64,000 nt of DNA from Caldisericia bacterium (lineage in GTDB: Bacteria; Caldisericota; Caldisericia; JAAYUI01). The DNA lies in assembly GCA_963674785.1 (NCBI GenBank), contig OY771555.1:1536001-1600000 (forward strand), in the 5' to 3' direction. Position 1 is the first letter of the stretch. Every line of letters begins with the position of its first letter. The notes under the pieces are model-generated. The model ran no database searches and was not told the DNA's origin. It saw only the letters and a list, made by a program, of their open reading frames with translations. Made by a program: the position numbers and the translations under genes. Below are positions 50,965 to 61,613 of this stretch, in pieces.

Positions 50965-52872
50965 ATGGAAATTAAAGTTAATGACAAAGTGATTGAAATC
51001 GAATCTGGGTCGAATATTTTCCAGATTTTGAAAGCAGCAGATGCCCCTGTAAACACTATCCTTGCTGCTAAAATAGGAGATAAACTTGTTGATCTTTCAA
51101 CAGAAGTATGTACAGATTGCCAAATTGAAACTATAACCCACGAAGATGAAGCAGGAAGAGAGATTTTTCTTCATTCATCAGCTCATTTGCTTGCATATGC
51201 AATATTGAAACTTTTCCCTGATACAAAGTTTGCAATTGGTCCTGCAATCAAAGATGGATTTTATTATGACCTTGAACTTAAAAATCCCATAATCGAGGAA
51301 GACCTTTCAAAAATCGAAAAACAGATGAAAAAGATTGTGAAGGAGAGGGTCAAATTTGAGCGTGAGGAAATCAGTAGACTTGATGCAATCAAGCTCTTTG
51401 AAGGTCGCGGGGACAGATTCAAAGTTGAGCTTCTTGAAGGCATGGAAGATGAAACGGTTACTCTTTACAAGCTTGGAGACTTCCTTGACCTTTGCAGAGG
51501 TCCACACGTACCAAACAGCGGTTATCTGAAACACTTCAAACTTACAAGTATTGCTGGCGCTTATTGGCGTGGTGATGAAAAGCGTGAGATGCTCACCAGA
51601 ATCTATGGAACGAGTTATCCAACCGCAGAAGAGCTTGAAGCACACATTAAAAAACTTGAAGAGATTGCAAAACGTGATCACAGAATTCTTGGAAAGAGTC
51701 TCGAGCTTTTCGCAATTGATGAATCGGTTGGTGGAGGACTTGTTGTATGGCTTCCAAACGGTGCAATCTTAAGATCAACCGTCGAAGATCTTTGGAGAGA
51801 GCAGCATAGAAAACGTGGTTATCAATTGGTTTACACACCACACATTGGAAAAGCTGACCTTTGGAAGACTTCTGGGCATCTGGATTTCTACAAAGAGGGT
51901 ATGTATCCATCAATGGATTTGGAAAATGTTGACTACTATGTAAAACCAATGAATTGCCCATTCCATATGGTTGCATATCTTTCTAAAAAAAGAAGTTACA
52001 GAGAGCTTCCGTACAGGATTGCAGAGCTTGGAACTGTTTACAGGTTCGAGCGTTCTGGCACTCTTCATGGTTTACTGAGAGTTCGTGGGTTCTCCGTTGA
52101 TGATGGTCATATCTTTTGTACTCCAGAACAGCTTGAGGAAGAGGTCAAAGAAGTAGTCAGATTTGCAATTGAGCTTCTAGAGACCTTTGGTTTCAAGGAA
52201 TATCAGGTTTATCTTTCAACTCGCCCTGAAGAAAAATTTGTTGGTGAAATTGAAAGATGGGATAGAGCCGAAGAGGTATTAAAGATTGCTCTTGAATCCA
52301 TGAATTTGAAATATGAGTATGACCACGGTGGCGGTGCATTCTATGGTCCAAAGATTGACATTAAGATTATTGATGCACTTGGAAGACCATGGCAGACCTC
52401 AACTTGTCAGTTTGATTTCAACCTTCCTGAGAGGTTTGACTTGAACTATATTGGTGAAGATGGAGCTGAACACCGACCATATATTGTTCACCGTGCACTC
52501 CTTGGTTCACTTGAAAGATTCATCGGTTGTTTGATTGAGCATTATGCTGGTGCATTCCCACTTTGGCTTGCCCCACAACAGGCTGTAGTAATTCCAATTA
52601 CTGATGATGTAAATGATTATGGAACAAAGCTTGTAGATGAACTTAAAGAAGCTGGAATCAGAGCAGAGATTGATCTTGGTTCAGACCGAATGCAGGCAAA
52701 AATCAGAAAAGCAGAACTAGCAAAGATTCCTTATGTCTTGGTTATTGGAAGACGTGAGGCGGAGGCCGGACAGGTTTCTGTTAGAAGACATGGAAAGGGT
52801 GACTTGGGTGTCAAATCTGTATCAGAACTGAAAGAGATGTTGACACAGGAGATTTGTGAAAAAACCGAGTAG
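50965..52872 (+). CDS. thrS: Threonine--tRNA ligase
   Basis: HSSAHLL, GFYYD, DLCRGPH, RDHR, KPMNCP and AFYGPKID motifs. GGAGG SD favours the ATG at 50965. Confidence 0.98.
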   Translation: MEIKVNDKVIEIESGSNIFQILKAADAPVNTILAAKIGDKLVDLSTEVCTDCQIETITHEDEAGREIFLHSSAHLLAYAILKLFPDTKFAIGPAIKDGFYYDLELKNPIIEEDLSKIEKQMKKIVKERVKFEREEISRLDAIKLFEGRGDRFKVELLEGMEDETVTLYKLGDFLDLCRGPHVPNSGYLKHFKLTSIAGAYWRGDEKREMLTRIYGTSYPTAEELEAHIKKLEEIAKRDHRILGKSLELFAIDESVGGGLVVWLPNGAILRSTVEDLWREQHRKRGYQLVYTPHIGKADLWKTSGHLDFYKEGMYPSMDLENVDYYVKPMNCPFHMVAYLSKKRSYRELPYRIAELGTVYRFERSGTLHGLLRVRGFSVDDGHIFCTPEQLEEEVKEVVRFAIELLETFGFKEYQVYLSTRPEEKFVGEIERWDRAEEVLKIALESMNLKYEYDHGGGAFYGPKIDIKIIDALGRPWQTSTCQFDFNLPERFDLNYIGEDGAEHRPYIVHRALLGSLERFIGCLIEHYAGAFPLWLAPQQAVVIPITDDVNDYGTKLVDELKEAGIRAEIDLGSDRMQAKIRKAELAKIPYVLVIGRREAEAGQVSVRRHGKGDLGVKSVSELKEMLTQEICEKTE

Positions 52873-53278
52873 TCCAATTTTTGCCTGGTTGATACTGGGT
52901 TTAATATCAACCATTCTTTGCTGGTTTGTGATTTGGTTGGTTGAGTTGTTTTTTGTGGTTCCGTTACCAAACGTAGTACTAATAATCTTCATAGTGCTGG
53001 GTTTCTTCCCAGCACTATGTGCAATTTTTGGACTAAGACTTCTTGGTATTATTGGTTTTTTTGGGATTGTAGTTGGGATTTTGTGGGGATTAATCCATGC
53101 AACAATATACGGAAGTATGTGGCAATATGTATTTATTTTCGATTTCATAAGAGTTTATTCTGTATTTATTATTCTTGGTTGCCTTGTACAATTATTCCTT
53201 GGAGGGTTGACTGGCAAGAAGAAAAAAAGACCAATGAAAAATGAACCACTTGACACATATCGGGTTTATGAGATTTAA
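52856..53278 (+). CDS. Hypothetical membrane protein (~4 TM)
   Basis: Hydrophobic segments with a basic tail; fills the gap between thrS and clp. Confidence 0.65.
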   Translation: MKKPSSPIFAWLILGLISTILCWFVIWLVELFFVVPLPNVVLIIFIVLGFFPALCAIFGLRLLGIIGFFGIVVGILWGLIHATIYGSMWQYVFIFDFIRVYSVFIILGCLVQLFLGGLTGKKKKRPMKNEPLDTYRVYEI

Positions 53279-53309
53279 TTGGTATAAATAGAAAAAAAGG
53301 AGGTTTTCT

Positions 53310-55688
53310 ATGAAGTTTGAAAGATACACTGATGAATCAAGGGAGATTCTGAGTGATTCCCATCAAGTATTGAATAGGTATGGTAATCGAGAGCTAGACT
53401 CCGAGCATGTTATGGTTGCGATGCTCGAACGAGATGGAGTTGTAAGAGACATCATCTCGGAGCTTGGTGCTGGTTGGAAACAGATTTTAAATTCGATCGA
53501 AAAAATACTCGCAAAAACCTCAAAATCATACGGATCATCATCTGATCAGGTATATATAACCCCTCGAGCAAAATCTATGTTTGATTCTGCAGAAAAAGAA
53601 GCGGATTCTCTTGGGGATGAGTATGTTGCACCAGAACATATTCTGATTGCTATGACACAAGATACAAGAGACATTGGTAGAATTCTTGAATCAAATGGAA
53701 TTGATAAAGAAAAAATTCTCCAAGTAATTGCAACTATCAGGGGAGGGGATTCGAAAGCTCCAGGCGGAAAGGATTCTGCTCTTGGAAAATATGCGATAAA
53801 TCTCACAGAGAAAGCAAAGAAGGGTAAACTTGACCCTGTAATTGGCAGGAAAAATGAGATTGAAAGATGTCTTGAGGTTTTATCGAGGAGAACAAAGAAT
53901 AATCCTGTTTTGATTGGTGAAGCAGGTGTTGGAAAAACAGCGATTGTTGAAGGTATCGCCCAAAGGATTATTGATGGGAAAGTTCCCGTTTCCATGCGTA
54001 ACATTCAGATCTACTCACTTGATATGGGTGCTCTTGTTGCGGGGACAAAGTTTAGAGGAGAGTTTGAGGAACGTCTCAAGGCTGTTATTGACGAGGTGAA
54101 AGCCTCCTCAGGGAAAATAATCCTTTTCATTGATGAGCTTCATCTTGTGATGGGAGCAGGTGCAGGCGAAGGTGCTATGGATGCCTCAAATCTTCTTAAA
54201 CCCGCTCTTGCAAGAGGAGAACTCCATTGCATCGGTGCAACAACAACTGATGAGTACACCAAGTATATTGAAAAAGATTCCGCCCTTGAGAGAAGATTTC
54301 AACCCGTGATGACTCCAGAGCCAACAGTTTCCGAAACAATTGAAATTCTTAAGGGTCTTCGTGACAAATATGAGTCTCATCATGAAGTAAAAATTACAGA
54401 TTCAGCACTTGAAGCAGCCGCAAAGCTTTCTGCGAGATATATAACGAATAGGTTTTTGCCTGACAAAGCGATTGACTTGATTGATGAGTCGTCAGCAAAA
54501 ATAAGGGTAGCAAAGGAGTCTCAACCGTCACTCGAGCTTGACTCTCTCAAAAAGGAGATGGATAGACTTGAGCGTGAGGCAAAAGCTTCCGCATCCTCTG
54601 GCGATAATGAAAAATCAGCAAAGTGTATTGCTCAGTATGAGGAAAAAAGAAAAGAGTATCTTGAGCTTGACTCTCATATTCAAAGGGAGGTAAGTGTTTC
54701 AGAGGTTGTTGATGCTGATGTGATTGCAAAAACCGTTTCAAGATGGACGGGAATTCCAGTTTCATCAATGACAGAAAGTCAGCAGGAAAAACTTCTGAAA
54801 CTTGAGAGGAGACTTCATCAGAGAGTCATAGGGCAGGATGAGGCGGTTATTGCTGTTTCTCAATCAATCAGGAGATCGCGAGCAGGACTTTCTGATCCCA
54901 ACAAACCAATTGGCTCATTCCTTTTTCTTGGCCCAACAGGTGTCGGAAAAACTGAACTTGCAAAGAGTTTAGCAGAACTTCTTTTTGATGATGAATCGGC
55001 GATGACTCGAATCGACATGTCTGAATATCAAGAAAAACATACTGTTTCAAGATTGATTGGTGCGCCTCCTGGATATGTTGGTTATGAACAGGGAGGGCAA
55101 CTTACAGAAGTTGTGAGGAAAAAACCTTACCAGGTGATCCTTTTTGATGAGGTAGAAAAAGCTCATGCCGAGATTTTTAATGTGTTCCTTCAGCTTCTTG
55201 ATGACGGTAGGTTGACAGATGGGCAAGGAAGGACAATTGATTTTAGAAATACAATAATCATCTTAACAAGTAATCTTGGTTCAAATCTAGTTTCTTCAGA
55301 TGATGATTATGAAACAATGAAATCAACCTATATGGATTCAGTTAAATCTCATTTCAGACCCGAATTTGTCAATAGACTTGATGAGATCATTGTTTTTACA
55401 CATCTTTCAAAAAATGAGCTGAAAGAAATTGTTTCATTGCAAATTGATCAACTTAGTAAGAAACTACATGAAAGAAAAATACAGCTAGAAATAACCGATG
55501 ATGCAAAGCTTTTGCTTGCTGAACTTGGGTATTCTGTTGTGTATGGTGCAAGACCATTAAAACGAGTCATTCAAAACAGAATTGAGAATCCTCTCTCTGA
55601 GATGATTTTAAGAAACGAAGTTAGAGAAGGAGACACGGTTTCTGTTTCTGAAGAAGATGGAAACTTTCAGTTTGACTGTGGAGGTTAG
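53310..55688 (+). CDS. Clp/Hsp100 AAA+ ATPase (ClpB/ClpC family)
   Basis: Clp N repeats, [42 protein letters not shown] and GARPLKR motifs; AGGAGG SD. Confidence 0.95.
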   Translation: MKFERYTDESREILSDSHQVLNRYGNRELDSEHVMVAMLERDGVVRDIISELGAGWKQILNSIEKILAKTSKSYGSSSDQVYITPRAKSMFDSAEKEADSLGDEYVAPEHILIAMTQDTRDIGRILESNGIDKEKILQVIATIRGGDSKAPGGKDSALGKYAINLTEKAKKGKLDPVIGRKNEIERCLEVLSRRTKNNPVLIGEAGVGKTAIVEGIAQRIIDGKVPVSMRNIQIYSLDMGALVAGTKFRGEFEERLKAVIDEVKASSGKIILFIDELHLVMGAGAGEGAMDASNLLKPALARGELHCIGATTTDEYTKYIEKDSALERRFQPVMTPEPTVSETIEILKGLRDKYESHHEVKITDSALEAAAKLSARYITNRFLPDKAIDLIDESSAKIRVAKESQPSLELDSLKKEMDRLEREAKASASSGDNEKSAKCIAQYEEKRKEYLELDSHIQREVSVSEVVDADVIAKTVSRWTGIPVSSMTESQQEKLLKLERRLHQRVIGQDEAVIAVSQSIRRSRAGLSDPNKPIGSFLFLGPTGVGKTELAKSLAELLFDDESAMTRIDMSEYQEKHTVSRLIGAPPGYVGYEQGGQLTEVVRKKPYQVILFDEVEKAHAEIFNVFLQLLDDGRLTDGQGRTIDFRNTIIILTSNLGSNLVSSDDDYETMKSTYMDSVKSHFRPEFVNRLDEIIVFTHLSKNELKEIVSLQIDQLSKKLHERKIQLEITDDAKLLLAELGYSVVYGARPLKRVIQNRIENPLSEMILRNEVREGDTVSVSEEDGNFQFDCGG

Positions 55689-55691
55689 GAT

Positions 55692-56228
55692 ATGGTGTTT
55701 ATCGACAAAAAAGGAAGATTGTTTGGAAAGCTGAACATTATCGACCTGGTTGTAATTCTTGTGATTATTTTTGGGCTCTATTGGGCAGGTTCGAAGGTTT
55801 ATTCAAGATACTTTGGTCCTGAAGAAGCTGGAGATAGATACCGAGTTGTTTTGAGAGCCGAAAATGTTCATCCTGAAATGGTTGACTCAATAAAGGCCGG
55901 TTACAAGCTTGTTGAACGTTCTGGAAAAATTATTGGCAATGTTGACTCAGAACCAGTATTAAAAGATGCAATGGTTTATGTCCGAACTCCACAGGGAACA
56001 ATTGAAGGCTCAACCGCACAGATAGTTGTTGAAGACAGTGTTCAACCAAAGCTTAAAGATATGGATATTGAACTTATTGTGAACTCTCCGAAAGGTGCAA
56101 GGCTGAAGTACAATACCCAAAATGTTCTTGTTGGATCAAGAATAGAATACGATTTTGTCCAAGAAGGAAGTATGCTTGGGGCACACCTTAGGTGTCTGTG
56201 TGTTTCAATGACCCAATTGGAGAGATAA
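55692..56228 (+). CDS. DUF4330-family membrane-anchored protein
   Basis: Characteristic N-terminus FIDKKGRLFGKLNIIDLVVIL. Confidence 0.8.
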   Translation: MVFIDKKGRLFGKLNIIDLVVILVIIFGLYWAGSKVYSRYFGPEEAGDRYRVVLRAENVHPEMVDSIKAGYKLVERSGKIIGNVDSEPVLKDAMVYVRTPQGTIEGSTAQIVVEDSVQPKLKDMDIELIVNSPKGARLKYNTQNVLVGSRIEYDFVQEGSMLGAHLRCLCVSMTQLER

Positions 56229-56229
56229 T

Positions 56230-57780
56230 ATGAATACCAGAAAACTCCTCCAGGATATTGGAGTTGTTTCGATAGTTCTTGCAGGAGCAAGAATTCTGGG
56301 ATTTGTAAGAGTTACGCTTATTGTACCTCATTTTGGATTCAAGAATGCTTTGGATGCTTGGAATATTGCTTCTTCAGTTCCAATGACCCTTACAATCCTT
56401 CTAACGGCGGGAATTCTTTCGATAGTTTTTATTCCAATCTTTACGAAATACGTAATTAAGTCTGAATATAAAGCTCTATCCAGGCTAATTGGGGTTTTGA
56501 TAAATATTGTTTCAATTGGTTTCTCAATAATAGTGTTGCTTGGTATAATTTTTGCGAAACCGATTATTTTGCTTCTGACAAGACCAGATACTCCACCTGA
56601 GACGATAACCATTGCAGTTAGGTTATTCAGGATTATGATGCCGACATTTTTACTTTCTGCTTGGTCGGGATTACTTACTGCAATTCATCATTCATTTCAA
56701 AGATTTGTCCTTCCCGCGATTGGCGGACTTTTTGTCAATGTGGCTATTGTGGCTTCATTTTTCCTTTTTAAGGGATCATTAGGTATTGATTCATTGGCAT
56801 GGGGTTTTTTAGTTGGATCGATCTTCCAGCTGATTGTTCAATTCCCAGGAATACTTGGAAAAAACCTTAAGCTAGATCTCAATTTTGATATGCGACATCC
56901 TGCTTTGATTGGAATTGGGTCTCTCATTATCCCAGTCATTTTAACATCTAGCATTAATCATATTCGATTTTTCTTTGAAAAATACTTGTTGAGTACAACC
57001 ATTGGCGCAGTATCTGCGTATAGTACTGCATGGAGGGTCAGCCAACTTCCACTTTCTATATTTGTTATGACTATCTCCGCAATTATCTTTCCACAGTTTG
57101 CTGAGTCTGTTGCAAAGAATCAACCAGATGCTTTGAAACAGAATATCTTGTGGGGATTAAAGATGATCTCCTATATTATCATCCCTGCAGGAATAGGAAT
57201 ACTTGTTCTTGCTGAGCCTATTTCTATTACCTTGTTTATGAGAGGAGCAGCAAACTATGAGTCTATAATGAAAATGGTGCCTCCACTTGCAATTTTTGCT
57301 GTCGGACTCTTACCTTGGTCTTTTACTCAGGTATTTTTGAAGGTTTTTTATTCGCTTGGAGATGTGAAAACTCCTGTTTGGATAGCAAGTATTGTTCTAC
57401 CATGCTTTATTGGGCTTGAGTATTTCTTTATTAGATGGGGTATCATAGGTGTAGCAATTGGAACGGTTCTAGCTGCATTTTTGAGTGTTTTGCTTCAAGG
57501 TGTTATGGTTCGGAAAAAGATCGGAAACTTTGGACTTACGTCGCTTTTAATATCGATGATAAAGATAACAATTTCATCGTTAGCTATGGGTGGTGTGGTT
57601 TTCTTCCTTCACCAAAGAGCATATTTATTGGTTAACATGGACTCAAATACTGGTCGTATTGTTGCTCTAACATTCGTGATTGTTATTGGTGTTTTGGTTT
57701 ATATTGGTTCGATGTATTTGATTAACAGAAAAGAATTCACAGAGATGCTTGGAAGTTTTAGAAGAAGAAATTCGGCATGA
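56230..57780 (+). CDS. murJ: MurJ/MviN lipid II (MOP) flippase
   Basis: RILGFVR, DA.NIA..VP and QLPL.IF motifs; about 14 TM segments. Confidence 0.88.
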   Translation: MNTRKLLQDIGVVSIVLAGARILGFVRVTLIVPHFGFKNALDAWNIASSVPMTLTILLTAGILSIVFIPIFTKYVIKSEYKALSRLIGVLINIVSIGFSIIVLLGIIFAKPIILLLTRPDTPPETITIAVRLFRIMMPTFLLSAWSGLLTAIHHSFQRFVLPAIGGLFVNVAIVASFFLFKGSLGIDSLAWGFLVGSIFQLIVQFPGILGKNLKLDLNFDMRHPALIGIGSLIIPVILTSSINHIRFFFEKYLLSTTIGAVSAYSTAWRVSQLPLSIFVMTISAIIFPQFAESVAKNQPDALKQNILWGLKMISYIIIPAGIGILVLAEPISITLFMRGAANYESIMKMVPPLAIFAVGLLPWSFTQVFLKVFYSLGDVKTPVWIASIVLPCFIGLEYFFIRWGIIGVAIGTVLAAFLSVLLQGVMVRKKIGNFGLTSLLISMIKITISSLAMGGVVFFLHQRAYLLVNMDSNTGRIVALTFVIVIGVLVYIGSMYLINRKEFTEMLGSFRRRNSA

Positions 57781-58781
57781 CAAGAACAAAGCTAAAAAAA
57801 AGAAAGAGAAAATCGATAATTCCAATTGTTATTATCTTTCTTATCATGTTTCTTTTTGTTGGAGTTGTTTATGCCACAAACATAATCTGGAATACATTGC
57901 TTGCCACGAAGGTGACAGAATATATCAGCAGGTCAGAACCATTCAACATTAATGAAAGGATGAACCTGGTATTGTTGGCAATCGATGCCCCAACACTTCA
58001 AGAGCCGGCAAGAGCTGACAGCATCAAGATTGTTTCACTTGACCCAAAAGAATACACCATGAATATGATGACGATTCCAAGGGATTCCTATGTTGCTCCT
58101 GCTGGTTTTAGACCTGATGACAGAATAAAGATTAACGCAATAAACAATCCTGCAGTCAATTCAAAATATGGAACAGATATGTTGCTTGAGACCATTGAAG
58201 AGCTACTTGGTATAAAAGTACATGGCTTTGTGAAAATCAATTTCAATGGATTTATTGATGTTATTGACTCGATTGGTGGGATTGATTTCTATATCGAAAA
58301 TGAGATGCACTACAAGGATAGTGTAGACGGGTATCTAATTGATCTTCCCAGTGGTTTTCACCATCTGAATGGGTCAATGGCACTCCAATATGTTCGTTTT
58401 AGAAGTGACAAATACGCTGATTGGGCTGCCTGGGAAGGCGAAGTTAAAGGAAGAAGTGCGAGACAAACAAAGTTTGTAAAAGCAATAATCAAAGAGATGA
58501 CAAAACCATCAAACTGGGGAAAGATACCAACTGCAGTTGGTGTTGTTATGGAAAATATCCAGACAGATATTCCTATGGAAGAGATATATACTTTTGCTGA
58601 GATTCTCAGACATGTTGATACTGAATCTATAAAAGATGTTGCATTTTCTGGAAAACCAGGATATGTCCCATCGTTCTACTATAAAAATGGTCAAAAAGTT
58701 GATTTCAATATGAGCGTTATTCTTCCGAATCTGAATGAATTAAAAAACCTTGGACAGGAGTATTTTTCTGATGAGCAATAA
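57777..58781 (+). CDS. LCP family cell-wall glycopolymer transferase
   Basis: N-terminal TM, RADSI, TIPRDSYV, KINA, DSIGGI, ALQYVRFR and R..RQ motifs. Confidence 0.93.
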   Translation: MTRTKLKKRKRKSIIPIVIIFLIMFLFVGVVYATNIIWNTLLATKVTEYISRSEPFNINERMNLVLLAIDAPTLQEPARADSIKIVSLDPKEYTMNMMTIPRDSYVAPAGFRPDDRIKINAINNPAVNSKYGTDMLLETIEELLGIKVHGFVKINFNGFIDVIDSIGGIDFYIENEMHYKDSVDGYLIDLPSGFHHLNGSMALQYVRFRSDKYADWAAWEGEVKGRSARQTKFVKAIIKEMTKPSNWGKIPTAVGVVMENIQTDIPMEEIYTFAEILRHVDTESIKDVAFSGKPGYVPSFYYKNGQKVDFNMSVILPNLNELKNLGQEYFSDEQ

Positions 58782-59316
58782 TTGGTGGAAGGGAAGCGTT
58801 TTATATAGACTTCTTAAAGCTTTTTGGGATTATGTAAATGATTCTGTTTCTGCAAAAATCCTTAACAAGATAATGAAGGTTTGGGATGGAATTGTATCTG
58901 GAAGTGTTGCTGTTTCCTGGATTACTGGAGAAGAGCTCGGTTGGAAACCAGTTGCCGCAAGAAAGGGTTTTTTGGGCGGAATTGTTTATTCTCTTTGGTG
59001 TAAGTTTCTTGGATTCCTAAGAATTCTCTTTGGACGTGATTCTTCATTCCAAAAATCTTTTTTTGTAACTGCAATAAAGAAAGTGTCAGAGTTTGCTCAC
59101 GAATCTCCATTTTCAGCTGTTGGAATTTTTTGCGCCGGATTTTTTGGGACATATGGTGTTTTAAAGATGACCATTATTGGTGGGTCGAAACAAGAAATAC
59201 TCTTCCTTGTGGTTTGTTTCATTGTTTCTGTATTGATAATGTTTATCAGAGCTCCATACAAAGAATTGGTCGAAGGAAGCTGGTTTCTTAAACGCCTTCA
59301 GGAGATTGATGACTGA
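58771..59316 (+). CDS. Hypothetical membrane protein
   Basis: Amphipathic Trp-rich N-terminal half and two C-terminal TMs; overlaps both neighbours. ATG at 58771 preferred. Confidence 0.65.
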   Translation: MSNNWWKGSVLYRLLKAFWDYVNDSVSAKILNKIMKVWDGIVSGSVAVSWITGEELGWKPVAARKGFLGGIVYSLWCKFLGFLRILFGRDSSFQKSFFVTAIKKVSEFAHESPFSAVGIFCAGFFGTYGVLKMTIIGGSKQEILFLVVCFIVSVLIMFIRAPYKELVEGSWFLKRLQEIDD

Positions 59317-60665
59317 TGTTTAAGAAAGAATGGATTGGATTGGTGCTTGTTGCTGCAGGAATTTTGCTTGCAGTGCTTCTTGCTTTTTTTGATACCTTCA
59401 TTGTTGTTGGTCTTGTAGGAGCAACAACGGTTTTTGCAGTTGTCATGTGGAAACTTGAAATCGGAATCTCGGTTCTTACTTTTGCTGTCATTGCTGACAG
59501 TTTTTTCAGGTCAATGGGTGGACTTGGCGGATTATGGGATGAGCTGTTTTTCATTCTTGCCATCGTTTCACTTATCTGGAGATTTGCAAAAGAAGAAAGA
59601 ATTGACTTTAATCCTACAGGACTCTGGTGGGGTGTTGCAGGATTTTTTGTTGTTGCGTTGATTTCAGGATTCACATCAACTCTACCCTATGGTCATATCG
59701 TAACTGCTATTAGGTCTGTGATTCAGGGAGCAATTATCTATTTTGTGATTGTGAATGCTAATTTTGATAGAAAAACAATTCTCCATTTGATTTCGACACT
59801 TATTCTTTGTGGAGTAATAGCAGCTCTCTATGCTGTTTACCAGAAGATGACGGGAATGTTTACACCTCAAGAATGGCTTGATGTTGAAGAGATTGTAAAT
59901 GTCACAAGGGCAACTAGTTTCACGGGAAGCCCGAATGCAACAGCTGGTTTTTTAGCATTACTTGTTCCACCTGCTGTTGCCATGACCCTTAAGGTTAAAA
60001 GATTCTGGGCTAAAATCATTTGGGCTGGGATGTTCTTCGCACTTATTCTTGGACTCTATGCTACGCTCAATAGGGCTGCGTGGATCGGTCTTGCCGTTGG
60101 TCTTGTAGTACTTGCGATTGCTGCAGGCAAAAGATGGTGGATTTGGGTTATGTCCATTATGGTCGTTGGGTTAATTATTTTACTTCCTGGGTTAAAAGAA
60201 AGATTCATTAGCATGTTTTCTGAGGATTTTGCCTGGAGAAATGTCACATATGGACGAGGATTCAGATGGAGTACTGCAATGGAGATATTCAAGAAACATC
60301 CGTTTTTTGGTATAGGTCCAGGTGGTTTTGGTGGAGCAGTTGCATATGGAATACAGGCATTTGGCGGATTATACGTTGACAACTACTATTTGCTGACTCT
60401 TTCTAGTTATGGTTTAGCAGGTTTTGGAATGTTCCTGTTTATGCTGGTTTCTAACATCAGAGAAGCATTCAAAGGTCTAAAAAATGCAATATCTTCCGAT
60501 CGTTTACTTGTAGCTGGGCTTATCGGTGGTATGGTTGCGTTTATGATTCACCTGGTTGCAGAGAATTTATGGCAGATAACGCCGCTAGTGATTAGCTTTT
60601 GGCTGATTTCTGCGTTCGCTTTTGCTCTGGGTAAAACAAAAAGAGAGGAACATGAAAGTTTCTAA
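59316..60665 (+). CDS. O-antigen ligase / Wzy_C-like membrane protein
   Basis: About 12 TMs; RATSFTGSPN, T.NRAAW, R..RW..A..IFKKHPFFGIGPGGF and DNYYL motifs. Confidence 0.88.
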   Translation: MFKKEWIGLVLVAAGILLAVLLAFFDTFIVVGLVGATTVFAVVMWKLEIGISVLTFAVIADSFFRSMGGLGGLWDELFFILAIVSLIWRFAKEERIDFNPTGLWWGVAGFFVVALISGFTSTLPYGHIVTAIRSVIQGAIIYFVIVNANFDRKTILHLISTLILCGVIAALYAVYQKMTGMFTPQEWLDVEEIVNVTRATSFTGSPNATAGFLALLVPPAVAMTLKVKRFWAKIIWAGMFFALILGLYATLNRAAWIGLAVGLVVLAIAAGKRWWIWVMSIMVVGLIILLPGLKERFISMFSEDFAWRNVTYGRGFRWSTAMEIFKKHPFFGIGPGGFGGAVAYGIQAFGGLYVDNYYLLTLSSYGLAGFGMFLFMLVSNIREAFKGLKNAISSDRLLVAGLIGGMVAFMIHLVAENLWQITPLVISFWLISAFAFALGKTKREEHESF

Positions 60666-60761
60666 AGAAGACCATGATAAACCCCCACTTAGGGGTTCCT
60701 CATTAAAAGTTATCGGTTTTATTAAAAGTTTTATCATCATCTCTCCTGTGAGGTACCAGGC

Positions 60762-61613
60762 ATGAATATTGAAAAAACTATTCTTGCTCTAAAACAATAT
60801 TGGAGCAACCAGGGTTGTCTCATCTCAGAACCATTTGATATTGAAGTTGGTGCAGGAACAATGGTTCCCAAAAGTTTTTTTGGAGCTCTTCATCCCACAA
60901 CTTGGAAGGTTGGGTATGTTCAACCATCAAGAAGACCAGCGGATGGTAGATATGGTGACAACCCTTACAGATTCTATATCCACCATCAATTCCAAGTGAT
61001 TTTGAAACCTCCGCCAGAAAACATTCAGGATTTATATCTTGAATCTCTCAAGGTTTTTGGAATCAACTATGAAGAACATGATATGCGATTCATTGAAGAC
61101 AACTGGGAATCTCCAACCCTTGGTGCAGGTGGTGTTGGTTGGGAAGTTTGGATGGATGGTCAAGAGGTAACCCAGTTTACATATTTCCAACAGGTTGGTG
61201 GAATCCAACTTGAAATACCGGCTGTAGAGATTACATACGGTATCGAAAGATTGACAATGTATTCTGAGGGAATCGAAAATGGGTTTGATCTCAAGTGGAA
61301 TGATAATGTCACATATGGAGATTTGAGGAAAAAAGAAGAGTATGAGCTCTGCAGATATGCCTTTGATGTTGCAGATATCCCATCTCTTCGAACCCTTTTT
61401 GACATCTGTGAAAAAGAAGCTGGAAGATGTGCTGATGAGGGATTGATTATTCCGTCATATGAGTTTGCTTTGAAGTGTTCACATTTTTTCAACATGCTTG
61501 ATGCAAGAGGAGCTGTCTCTGTTTCTGAAAGAGCCATCATGATTAAACGTGTGAGAGATATGACAAGCAGATGTGCAAGGCTTTATGTTGAGAGGGAGGC
61601 GAAAGATGAGTAA
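60762..61613 (+). CDS. glyQ: Glycine--tRNA ligase alpha subunit
   Basis: EVGAGT, QPSRRPADGRYG, EDNWESPTLGA, TQFTYFQQ and EITYGIERL motifs. Confidence 0.98.
   Translation: MNIEKTILALKQYWSNQGCLISEPFDIEVGAGTMVPKSFFGALHPTTWKVGYVQPSRRPADGRYGDNPYRFYIHHQFQVILKPPPENIQDLYLESLKVFGINYEEHDMRFIEDNWESPTLGAGGVGWEVWMDGQEVTQFTYFQQVGGIQLEIPAVEITYGIERLTMYSEGIENGFDLKWNDNVTYGDLRKKEEYELCRYAFDVADIPSLRTLFDICEKEAGRCADEGLIIPSYEFALKCSHFFNMLDARGAVSVSERAIMIKRVRDMTSRCARLYVEREAKDE

Noticed and set aside
60666-60761. T-box or other leader before glyQS (small AACCCC/GGGGTT hairpin, ATTAAAAGTT repeated twice)
   Set aside because: The region is under 100 nt and has no T-box consensus; the repeat is AT-rich and may be chance. 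No T-box precedes thrS either.
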